Shown here: in pieces, positions 52,005 to 64,000 of the stretch
Position numbering within the stretch: the first letter of the stretch is position 1
How the letters are laid out: each line of letters opens with the position of its first letter
Assembly: GCA_951406725.2 (NCBI GenBank)
Contig: OX597817.1
Span: 112,778,001 to 112,842,000 of the forward strand
Source of the DNA: Octopus vulgaris
Lineage: Eukaryota
Direction: 5' to 3'
DNA: 64,000 nucleotides
Notes under the pieces: generated by a model
Told to the model about the DNA's origin: nothing
The model's database searches: none
What the model saw: only the letters and a program-made list of their open reading frames with translations
Translations under genes and position numbers: made by a program

Positions 52005-52420
52005 TTATGCCTGCCCCCTCGTTATCGAGTATGGCCATTGCACGAAGCTTAACTGTTACTAGTGCTGTGATCGAATGTGACTTTTTAGCCCAGCTAAAGA
52101 TCTACAATGTCTTGTACAAAATTGACAACTAAAACCTTTACTGGTAATTGCCAGTTGTAGTTGTAACTGGGCTTCATGTACCTTTGCATGTCGTTTAAGT
52201 CCTCCTGCCGAATTACACTCTCTTCCACATGCCCAACAGATATGATTAGTATGGTGTGTTACACCACCACCAGTGGCCAGGTTGTCACTCATCTGTCTCG
52301 TTTTATGACTACGAAGATGACTCATGAGTCCAGCTTTACTGAGGCAGGGTCTTGCACAGACATTGCATGTCAGAATCAAAGGAAGACCCTTCCCTTCTGG
52401 AAGTGTAACAGCGTAACAGT
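52005..52420 (-). mobile_element. RTE-type LINE 3' end with three C2H2 zinc fingers in an open frame
   Basis: ORF 52059-52448: CNVCARPCLSKAGLMSHLRSH, CWACGRECNSAGGLKRHAKVH, CQFCTRHCRSLAGLKSHIRSQH; short 3'UTR with CTCG-ATAA-CGAG hairpin; finger 1 resembles the RTE finger at 42160-42230. Confidence 0.7.
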
Positions 52421-52506
52421 ATGTGTATATATATATATATATACACATACATACATACAGACATGTATGTAACTATGTCTATGTATGTGTAGCTATATAT
52501 ATGTAT

Positions 52507-52545
<39 letters not shown>

Positions 52546-53304
52546 GTCACACACACAACACACCTATATGCATGCATGTGTGTAAATATGTTTATATGTG
52601 TATGTATGTAGATATGTGTATACATATGACAGTGTTTGTTATGTAAAGGGAGATAACTTCAATCTTATACACTATCTCATTTGTGTGCAGCACTCAGAAT
52701 AAGTAGGAGTAAAAATTATTTTAAACTGCACATAGAAAATAATTACAACCAAAAAATATTAAAGACTTGTAGGCACGTGGAATTTTGTTATAACTTTAAC
52801 AACCAAGAAAATCTTTTCAGAATAAGATTTTTCCCTCCAAAATCTTAGAAAATGAAAGAATTATTAAATTACATGGTGGCTAAAAAGCTACTACCAGCTG
52901 TGCCTTGTTATTTGATCATTTTTCTGAGATTTGTTAAATGTCAAATGCTCTGTTTGTATACTATTAAAGTAAGTATTGAATCACCAAAATAATCTTTTCA
53001 AGATCGTTCAGTTCAATGTCTATGAGAGCATGAAATAATCTGCATTTAGAATGAAACAGTCTTTTCTTTTTAATTTTATTTTTCAATAATTTTTTAATTT
53101 TATTTTTCAATAAATTTTCAATAAATTTAAGTATATTAACATCATAGGTACTCTAATATATGGTCTTGATCATTTGTCATCACCACTGTGAGACCCAGCA
53201 GCCAAAGAAAATGCTTCAACACTTTGCCCCGTATCTTTCCAGGTCTACCTCTTCCTAGTTTCCCTCCACAATTAGGGATCAGCACTTCTTTACACACACA
53301 TATT

Positions 53305-53336
<32 letters not shown>

Positions 53337-53360
53337 TACACATACATACATACATATATA

Positions 53361-53399
<39 letters not shown>

Positions 53400-53403
<4 letters not shown>

Positions 53404-54577
53404 ATACAGACACAAACTTGTCCAAATGCATCAATAAATTAACATTAACATTTTTTTTTTGCTGCTGTTACAATCATCTGAAATGGAAATGTCAAAGCGC
53501 AATATTCGAGCAATTTTGCTATTCAACTTCAATAAAAGACATAAACCAGCTGAAACTGCTCATGATATCAACAAAACGTTTGGTGAAGGAATGACCAGTG
53601 AGTAGTCAGCTCAAAAATGGCTTAAATGATTTTGCACTGGAGACCTGATCCTTGAAGATCATAGTGAGCATAGTGGACGCCCATCTGTCATCAATGACAA
53701 TCAATTAAAGACTGTCATTGAGAAAGAGCCACATAAAACCACCCAAGAACTGGCAAAATAACTTCAAGTTAGCTAGAAAACTGCCTGCAACCATTTGCAT
53801 GCGACTGGAAAATCAAAAAAGCTCAACAAATGGATACCACATGATTTGAATGAAAATCAGAAAATGCGCAGATATGAAATTTGCTTGTTGCTTCTTCTCC
53901 ATAATCAGACTAATCCATTTCTTGACCATATTGTAACTTGTAAATGGATACTGTACAATAATAAAAATCATTCTTCACAGTGGTTGAACCAAAACGAAGC
54001 CCTGAAAACCTTCCTTAAACCCAAGCTCTTCAAAAAGAAAATTATAGTGACTGTTTAGCGGTGTGCTGCTGGACTCATCGACTATAACATCTTAAAACCC
54101 AGAAAAACCATTACTGCAGAAACATATTGCCATGAAATTGCCAAAATGAATGAAAAACTGCTACTCCGCCATCCCAGACTGGTCAACAGAAAAGAGCCAA
54201 CCATTCTTCATGAAAATGCTCAACTACATGTTTCACTAATGACACTCCAGAAGTTGAGGGAACTTGGCTACAAATATTTTCCCCATCCAGCTTATTTCCT
54301 GGATCTTTCTCCAGCTGATACCACTTTTTCAAGCACCTTGATAGTTTCCTGTGAGAGAAGGAGTTCACAAATCAAACCGATGCTGAAAGTGCATTCAAAG
54401 AGTTCATCAACTCCAGAATTCCAGATTTTTTTCTCTTATCAGAATAAACAAACTTGGTAACTCATTGGCAAAAATGTATTGATTATAATGGTCCTTACTT
54501 TGATGAATAAAATTTCCGATTTGTTGAAATATATATGATTCATGTTCCAAAACATTGCTTACTTTTTACTCAGCCTG

Positions 54578-54578
<1 letters not shown>
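53400..54578 (+). mobile_element. mariner (Hsmar1/cecropia-like) transposon, pseudogenised
   Basis: ATG at 53483 MEMSKRNIRAILLF.., WIPHDL, FLDHIVTC-KWILY, LHENAQLH, HPAYFLDLSPAD; right end ACTTTTTACTCAGCCTGATA. Confidence 0.9.
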
Positions 54579-54671
<93 letters not shown>

Positions 54672-55033
54672 ATGAATGTACCAAAATTTATTGAAACAGG
54701 AAAAAGTGATTAACATCTCCAAAACTTCAAGATACAAATGAAAGTTCCTTCTAGATACAATTTATTAAGCATGAATTCTATCCAAAGCACTCACAAAAAG
54801 ATAAATTATTATGTTTTAAATTACATATTGCATAAGGAGGTGTATAGTATTTCCAAATGCAAACCAACTTCCAGACTTTACTAACAATACAGAACCATGT
54901 TTTCAAACATTTAATAGCTTTTAGCAAATGTTGCATATGCAATAAAATAAATATTTGTCTTGCAATGTGACTGAAACTGCAAGTTGGTTAATGCCAAATA
55001 ATAAAGCAAAATAAACTTACACACACACACACA

Positions 55034-55092
<59 letters not shown>

Positions 55093-55521
55093 GTACAAAC
55101 ATACATACACAAACACATGATATACTTGTGTGAGTATGAGTTTCTGCGTGCATGCGTATGCACACACACATGTGTGTGTGTGTGTTTAAGAATCATCACC
55201 ATCATTATGGTTTTATGTTCACTTTTCAAAGCTTGCACACAGTGATGCTTATTTACAACTATCATATGATGTCAAAACAAGGACACACACATACACACAT
55301 TTACATTTCAGGATGGTCATTTTTCTTTTTCTTGCCAAATAAACACACACACACACACTATATATTCATTCTTCATTCGTTTATTACTGTTCTTATTTTA
55401 TCTTGTGTCCATTGTCTGGAAATCTTTCATCACACATCTGTGACCTCTTCATCAACCCTTCCATTTACGTATTTCTTCCTGTTCTGTTTAGTCCATTCTC
55501 TCCCCTTCTCTCTCCTTCTCC

Positions 55522-55574
<53 letters not shown>

Positions 55575-55584
55575 GTTAATCCAA

Positions 55585-55907
<323 letters not shown>

Positions 55908-56349
55908 GCATACATACATATATATATATACATATACATATACATATATATATATATATATGACATAAAGAAAAAACAATGAAATTCACAAGATTCTTTA
56001 TCAATCACATGATGTTTTGATCCATCATGCATCAGTCCTTTTATGAGTGAGTTGCCTTACAAATAGTTATGGTGCATTATTTAGTGCAGATGTTACTGGT
56101 CATTAATCTCTGTTTCACTTATTTTGATTAGAATACATTTTGGTAATGATTAATAAAGAACCTCGTGAATTCTATTTACTTTTACTTTCTCTTATATTTT
56201 ATAAACTCTATGGACATGAGAGAATTCCTTAAGCAAATCCAATGGCACAAGAGTTTTCCCTGCATCATGCTGCTTGATGAATGACAGACGATTTGGGCAA
56301 CTTTTTGATTAAGATGAAAAGCAGACAGATGATGAGGGATCCACAAATT

Positions 56350-56640
56350 TTAAACACTTTTTCTAGTTTTGAAGTGTTTGTTTTGGATTTTCCACAATAA
56401 TAGTTTTCAGAAGCTCAGTATTGACAGAACTTGGTCATCCAAATTGAGGGGAATTTATTAGAGAAAAAATTCCTGAGCAAATCTGGCCAAACTATCACAG
56501 GCATATCCAGAAACTCAAAGCTTCATTTCCATAGATAGTACACATATTTTTTGCTGCTCCCACAGTTGAAGAATCCATTTTGAATTCATGCAGCATGCAA
56601 TATCTGATATGGTCTGATCTTGTATTATTTTGTAGCTCAG
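56350..56640 (-). mobile_element. mariner transposase N-terminal (HTH) remnant
   Basis: DHIRYCMLHEFKMDSSTVGAAKNMCTIYGNEALS..FG*PSSVNTELLKTIIVENPKQT. Confidence 0.75.
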
Positions 56641-57287
56641 AAGTCTTGATGATGTGGTAATTTATTTTTAGATTGACATTGTAGGATAGATGTGAGAACC
56701 TGGATTTGGCCAGCTTGGAAATAAAACGGGTTGAATATTTGGGTCAGATGTAGCTGGTTTAACCATTTGACATTCAGATTTCTTTGTCAAATGTAATGCT
56801 TATTTATTCACATTGCTTTGAATTAATCACACATCTTGTACAAGATTTCAATGGTGTGCTTGTATATTTTTAGAATGACATTGTAGGGTAGATGTGAGAA
56901 GTTGAATCTGGTCAGTTTGAACATAAGGCAGATAGAATATTTGGGCTAGATATGGCTTGATTAAATGCTTGATTAAATGCTAAAGGACAATGATAGGATA
57001 TAGTAGTCCACTGCTGAATATATCCTGCTTCATGCCAGAAGAGTTTTTTTTTTTTTTTGTGGTTGTACCATTGACTCATTAACATTATTGCACTGATTCT
57101 GACTGGATGCTCTACTGGTCTTAATACTCTTTTTAACCCCATGAATGAACAAGAGGAATGTAAAGTAATAAACCTTGCCCAAGGATATAATTCTCCTTCC
57201 AAACTGGGGATTGTCCTGCAAAAAAAGTTTTCTTACTACTAGGCTACATGCCTACTCTATATATTTTCTTTTTTCTGAATTTTTACT

Positions 57288-57497
57288 TTAACACTTCTAT
57301 TACCATATATCTGTTGAAATAGGCTGCTTTTGTGTCTGTTTATCTTGAAAATAATGAAGCATTTAGTAAAATAACTTTATCACTATAAAACTACTGTTAA
57401 TAACATTAACACAAAATTTTAACTAAGATCACTTTAAAACAGGTATTTTGTATCAAAGAACATGCAGTTTCAGGCAGGTTAGTATCAAAAAGGTTAA
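57288..57497. mobile_element. Second TTAA-flanked MITE family (another copy at about 60464-60695)
   Basis: TTAACACTTCTATTACC...GTATCAAAAAGGTTAA; the internal sequence is shared between the two copies. Confidence 0.55.
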
Positions 57498-59024
57498 AAT
57501 ATAGCTATTCATTTTAATAATTTTCCATGCAAAGTCTACCTGTAATTTTTAAAATTCATCTCCATTTCATTCCTAAATCAAAAAATTTGAGAACTGTGCT
57601 TTAAGTGGATCTTAGGTATTTTTATGTCTTAAAGCCACAATTATTCCAGTGATTAGCAATTTTGATTTGTTCATTTAATAAGTTTGGTTAATCCTAGTTA
57701 ATCTTTCCATCTAGCATTATAATGAGGCTGGGTATGGTGTCAGACTATTGGAAGTGTTGGCAGTAATAGCAATGTTAGTAACAATAGTGTGTTGGATCTG
57801 GTGTTGATGATAGCTATTGCTGGGGCTTGTGCTGAATATAATAATATTAATATTGACATGGCTGGTTTTTACCATTTCTGCTATCATCTCCTACTACTAC
57901 TACTGCTGCTGCTGTGGCTGTGGCTGCTGCTGCTGCTGCCACCACTACCTCCTCTACAACTGTGTCTTTTTATTATGATGAAATTTCTGTACAACACCAG
58001 AGTTATTTTTTTATTATTTTTTGTTACAATAGAATTCCTTATAATTACATAATCAATGTTAGAATGGTAACTGCATGAAGTAAAACAGAGCAAAGTTGGT
58101 ATCCAGCCATCTAGCCCTTTGATCATACCTGTCCTACATTTGGCATCATGCCAAACATAACTTCCTCTACCTCAGTGCCACTGTCAGGTATCCACATGCC
58201 ACCAGTAAATTTCCAACATGATAAATGAAATATTCAAAATGTAAATTTTATAGCTGCCAAGTGGTTACTCAAGCACTGAATAATCTGTCAACACCTTCTT
58301 TCAAATAAAGAAATAGAATTTGTATGATTGTAAATGTTTTCCTCAAAATATTTGTAAATCATATGCCAGAGAAATTTGATGAAGTATGAAAGGGAAACGT
58401 TTATGTTGTTCCATAACTTCCTTCACTCGAAGAATGTTTATCTTCAATAAAAATATAACAGGCAAGAATGTAATTACCATTGCTGCAGTTTCACTGTTAA
58501 CAAGATGAAAGAATTTGATACATATATGATAAATATTCAACATTGGGCATGCCAAAACATTGCCTTCAGGATTTGATAACTCTTTATGGAATTGCATTGA
58601 GTAAAATATAGAAGGTTTCAAAGAATTTAAGAAAATTAATGAGCATTGGTTACATAATATTAAATTCATACTTAGGTATGATGCTCAATGTTTTGATAAA
58701 GTAAGATCCTACAGGATGTATGTATATATGTATGTATATATATATATGCATGATCTAAAGCAACATAGCTTCTTCAGAAAAATAGGATGGTCACAAATGG
58801 AGGGATTTTTGCCATAGGTTTATTTATTTAGAACTGATTTCAGCTGAACAGCAATGATAACAGCAATAACAATGAAATCAGTATACCTGAAAGAAGCAGC
58901 AGCCAATTCTACCTCAAATCATACCCAGCCTACTTATCAATGAGACAACCTCCATATTGCAAATCAGATTGGTAGAAATAGCAGTCTAATTTTCCTCAAA
59001 TAACTCCCTTATTGCCTTATATAT

Positions 59025-59326
59025 AATAATAATAATGAAATTATTGTAAACAGTGCTCAGGTGCACCACAACTTGCCATAAAGTGCATATAAAGTGTATG
59101 CAGTAATGTACAAATGTCTGGAAAGCGAACAATGTATGAGTCAGATACATGCTTGTGTGTGTATGGAGGGGAGGAAATCAGGTGTAGTGTTGGCAAATCT
59201 CAGAAAGCATGGAAGTTTTGAAGGATGCAGTGCTCCAACAACTAACAACCGATGCCGGCAGTTTGTTCCATGCTTCAGCAACTCTCAGCGTGAAAAATGT
59301 TTTCTAAAGTCATGGGAGCTGTGCTG
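59025..59326 (-). mobile_element. CR1 LINE 3' fragment
   Basis: High similarity to 1375-1677. Confidence 0.9.
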
Positions 59327-62026
59327 ATGTACATATAAGTTCATGAACTCACAAGTAAGACCTCATTCATACATATATATGCCTGAACCAACAAGTGAAA
59401 CACATAACTTGAAATGTCATATATTGTAGTCATTTTCCTATATAGGTCAATTTCAGTATATTACTGGTACTTGTTTTATTGACTCAGAAGAGATGAAATA
59501 CAAAGTTGATACTGGCAGGTTTTGAACTCAAAATAAGTGAAACTAAATACTACAAAGCGTTTCAGTCTCCAATGCTGTATTGCCCCAGTTGCCACACTCT
59601 GCTCTTAGTGACAGGGAAAATTCATTAGAAGGCAGAGATGTACATCTAGGCTAACTTTCAATATTTCCTCTTATCAACAAAACATGCAGCTATGGATTTC
59701 AAAGAAAATGCTAGGAGCCTTTTGTGGATTGATTTAAATGATATTAATATCTTTCTATATGATAGTTGGCCATTCTTTGTAAAAGCAGTGGTAATAATTT
59801 AAAGCACCCTCACAATAATGATTTCTTATATTTGATCAAAACTATAAACATGTAGAAAAGAAGTACAATTGAATCAATGGCAGTAAATTACTGATATTTA
59901 TTTTATAGACATGAGAGGGATTTTAAATCAAAATATAGGGGAACAAAACTAAGCACTCTAATGCATTGAATCCAGAACTCTACCTTTTCTACAACAGTAC
60001 AACCTTCATTCTCCTAAATAATGATTATTTTATCTTTTCAAGAAACCCTTCATTTTTTTTAATTGCTATTATTCTTATTGTTTTCTATTTTCAGCTTTGG
60101 TATTTTCTCTTAAAGAATAGCATTTTTAGCTTTGTGCTGTTCTAAGCTAAATATGTTTTCAATTTATTATTTATTGCCATGTAATATCAATTTTCGATTC
60201 AGACAATAAACACAGAAAATACACAGTACTATTATTATGAGATATGCCAATGCGATTCATGGGCATTTAGCAGCTCCATGGACAACCATTTTTAGCTTGG
60301 GCAATTGGTTGACCTTTTTAATATGAAGCATCGAAACATCACTTGATGGTTTTGTACATAGGATAATGAATCCAACTTTAGTTTGCAATATAGAAACTCT
60401 AACTTTGGAATTGCAAATTTATATAGAACTAAATCTTAAGTTATGAAATCCATAGTAAAGAACTGACCCTTTCATTACAATATTTCAGTTGAAATGCACA
60501 CAGCCTTTCTTTCATTTAATTTTTAAAATAATGAAGAATTTAATAAAATAACCACCATAGTTAAGCTGATGTTTAGAACATAAATTAATATGAAATTTTG
60601 ATGGAACATTTTAATTAAGATCATTTTAAACAGGAAGTTTTTTTTTATTATAGAACCAAAATTAGTCTCGGTCAGGCTGATATCAAAACAGTTAAATACC
60701 TACCCATTTTCTGTTTAAAATCTTACTTTTAAGTTTCAATTTTTTGAGGGGAGATTTTTTAAGAGATTCAACAAAAAGAATCAGGTATTTTACAAATAGA
60801 AATTCTTATATATATAGGATGATAGATTCTTTTTTTTTTAGTAGTCAAAGATGTGCTTTTCATGTGCCACTAGCACAGTTGCTAGTTATGCAACACCATC
60901 ATCAGCCACATTGCCTCCATGAAACCCAATGCTTGAAAGGCGCTTTTTACATGCCATAGGTACAGGTACCCGTCATTCTTGTATAGTTTCTTTTCTCTTT
61001 TACTTGTTTCAGTCAGTAGATTGTGGCCATACTGGAGAATCACTTGAAGAATCTAGTTGAACAAATCAACCTCAGTACTAATTTTTTTAAAGCTTAGTAT
61101 TTATTCTACCTGTCACTTTTGCTGAACTGCTGAATAAAGAGGATGTAAAAAAAACAACACTGGCTGTCAGGTAGTGGTCACACACACACACACACACACA
61201 CACATGTGACAGTCTTCTTTCAGTTTCTGTCTACCAAATACACTCATGTGACTTTGTTCAGCCTAGAGCTATAACAGAAGGCACTCCCCAAGGTGCTACA
61301 CACAATTTCACATCAAGGATATTGCAAAACAAGTACATAAATGTAAAGAAGTATTATTTTCTTTATAGTCTTTTATTTGTTTCAGTCATTTGATTACAGC
61401 CATGCTGAAGAGTTTTAGTCAAACAAATCAGCCCCAGGATTTTTTTTTTAAGCCTAGTACTTATTCTATTGGTCTGCTTTGCTGAACTGCTAAGTTATAG
61501 GCACGTAAACACACCCATACTGGTTTGTCAAGTGGTGGTGGGGAACAAATACACACACACACACATGCACACACAACAGGCTTCTTTCAATTTCCGTCTA
61601 CTAAATCCACTCACAAGGCTTTGGTCAGCTCAAGGCTATAGTAGGAGACACTTGCTCAAGGTTTCACACAGTGGGACTGAACTCAGAACCATGTGGTTGA
61701 GAAGCAAGCTTCTTAACACACCATGTAAACAGTATTAATATTTCATTCCCTAAATTTTTTTTTTTAATTCTTAAATGTTCTATTGTAAGATTTAAGCAAA
61801 ACCACATTCTGATCAAAATTATCTGGTCAGAATCTTCATAACATCTAGTTTACTTTTAAATCCAAGTGCTGTTTTTATCCCCCTGTTCCACTAAAAAAGT
61901 CTACCAATAGTGAAGTCTTTCCTTATGAAATTAGTCTTACATTTGTTTATTAGAAGTAATTTTATGCATTTAATATATGTTACTCAATATATATGCGTTT
62001 GTATGTGAATATACCTGTTAGAGAGT

Positions 62027-62346
62027 GAAGGCACATGGCTTAGTGTTTAGGGTATTCAGCTCATAATTGTAAGGTCTTGAGTTCAATTCCCGGTGATACA
62101 TTGTGCCCTTGAGCAAGACACTGTTTCACATTGCTCTAGTCCACTCAGCTGGCAAAAATGAGTAGCACCTGTATTTCAAAGGGCCAACCATGTCACACTA
62201 TATGTCACTCTGAATCTCTCTGAGAACTACATTAAGGGTACACATGTCTATGGAGTGCTCAGCCACATGCACATTAATTTCATAACCAGGTTATTCCATT
62301 GATTGGTTCAACTGGAACCCTCGTCGTAACCAATGGAGTGCCAGTT
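62027..62346 (+). mobile_element. SINE family E variant with a different 3' half (also at 26700-26943, minus)
   Basis: TGGCTTAGTG A-box, GAGTTCAATTCC B-box, CCACTCAGCTGGCAAAAATGAGTAG body. Confidence 0.75.
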
Positions 62347-63804
62347 ATGTTAGAGAAAGGAATATTCAAATAAATAGTTTTGTACTTAACATTGTCAATT
62401 TTTAATCTTCCTTCAATCAACTCCTGATTATATATCAGTTAGAAGATATATAAAATTATGCAAGAAACTCAGTAACTAAGTATAACATTCCAGTGGAGAA
62501 AGCTTCAGTAAATAACATTTATTTTTGTTTTTAAATTAAATTGCTTTAGCATTTATCTACAAAAAATTGCTATCATGGCTTCACTGAATAATATAATATC
62601 TCATTTTACAAGGTGATGTCTGATGAAATTACAGATTACAGAATGGACAAGTGATGATGGGTTTTTGGGTGGATGAATGATTTTATCTTTCCAGATTCAT
62701 TTTTATATGATAAATGGCATAACTTCAATTTTTAAAATAATATCATAGGATTGGTGTGGGGTGCTAGGTTTGGCCAGTTTGAACATAAAGCAGGTAGAAT
62801 ATTTTGGCCAGAGATGACCAGTTTAAATGCAAAAGGGTTAAATTATTTTAGTAGTGTAGCCCACCTGATGATGAAGCATGTTTCATGCAGCCCATGTCTC
62901 GAAATGATTACCCATGCCTGTTTTGCACAGTCATTATGACTCCTAGAAACAGCAACTAATATCCTTCAAATCATTTCACCATGTCAACTTAAAAAGAGAG
63001 ATACACATGATAATGTAGAACTATGTACAATGTCAAGAAGTAAAAATAGAATGATTATGAATGAAAAGTCTTCGGCAAGGTCTGTTGAATCAGGGCTGAG
63101 TTGCAGCTAAAATAATATTATTTATCAAATAGTTCTTCAAAACGTTATTTGGAAATGTCTCTAAAGAACTTGTCATAGTGTTCTTCTACAAAAAAAGTCT
63201 GTCATAGGTAAGATTCCCTGGCAATGTCGGAAATTATTCCCAACCGTTAGGTAAATTGAGACACAGAATGAAGCATTTTGTCATTTCATATATCATACAT
63301 ATGTTCTTATATAGTGCAGATAAGTGCATAAGTCAGTTCATATTTAGTTCAGATATAGTTCATATGAAGTGCATATGAACTGGCAATAGATCATGTTATT
63401 TTTAAATGCTATTCATATGTTCTGTTTTGCATACATACACCAACATACATGCATTAATAAATTTTAATAATTATATATGCTTGCACAAGCACACTTATGG
63501 ACATACAAATAGACACACACACACACACACACACACACACATCTATAGGTATGTGTATGTTAGCATGTCTATTGTGTATAAATATTATATATGAGGTGGG
63601 AAAGAAAGTCCTATCACATATTTGACACAATCATTTTGAAGGTTCATTTTCAATACTTACATTAAAATAAGCATTAACTTTTACATTTTAATGTTTTTTT
63701 TTCTGTCTTTGCAGATTACTTTATATCATAGTGGCTTAGTACATATCAATTTTATCCATTGAAAATAAACTTAGATCAGACCCTATCAGATGCTACATGT
63801 TGCA

Positions 63805-63985
63805 TCATCATTGTTTAACGTCCGCTTTCCATGCTAGCATGGGTTGGACGAATGACTGAGGGCTGGTGAACCAGGTGGCTGCACCAGGCTTCAATCTTGA
63901 TCTGGCAGAGTTTCTACAGCTGGATGCCCTTCCTAACGCCAACTACTCCGAGAGTGTAGTGGGTGCTTTTACGTGCCACCTGCAT
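63805..63985 (-). mobile_element. Family B (RTE 3'UTR-derived) repeat
   Basis: TTTAACGTCCGCTTTCCATGCTAGCATGGGTTGGACG...GCTGGATGCCCTTCCTAACGCC. Confidence 0.8.
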
Positions 63986-64000
63986 AAGTTGCATGAATTC

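Noticed and set aside
52059-52448. Conventional host C2H2 zinc-finger gene
   Set aside because: The ATG lies in (TA)n, there are no TGEKP linkers, and it has an RTE-type finger signature and 3' hairpin tail; kept only as an exonisation hypothesis
63690-63765. Strong polypyrimidine-CAG acceptor (similar ones at 20782, 60094 and 62694)
   Set aside because: No convincing open exon and donor pair; cannot support a gene model from sequence alone

Overview
AT-rich, microsatellite-dense eukaryotic DNA made almost entirely of transposable-element debris. The repeat families look like those of an octopus-type cephalopod genome (inference from recognised SINE/RTE families; needs BLAST). I can support no intact host gene, rRNA, CRISPR array or prokaryotic system. 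Recognisable content: a Penelope-like element (RT thumb plus GIY-YIG), CR1, several RTE-clade and one R4/Dong-type LINE remnants, Tc1, mariner, Tigger and hAT transposase pseudogenes, hAT and TTAA MITEs, a solo LTR, a probable Helitron and several tRNA-derived SINE families. The most notable signal is a set of at least six sequence-unrelated type I hammerhead ribozyme motifs in Penelope-type terminal repeats. These include a 428-bp partial tandem with a near-canonical hammerhead (retrozyme-like; 42416-43073) and a tRNA-headed SINE with a hammerhead-type tail inserted into a mariner with a 13-bp target duplication (17030-17322). Coordinates were read by eye, and boundaries of degenerate elements are approximate.
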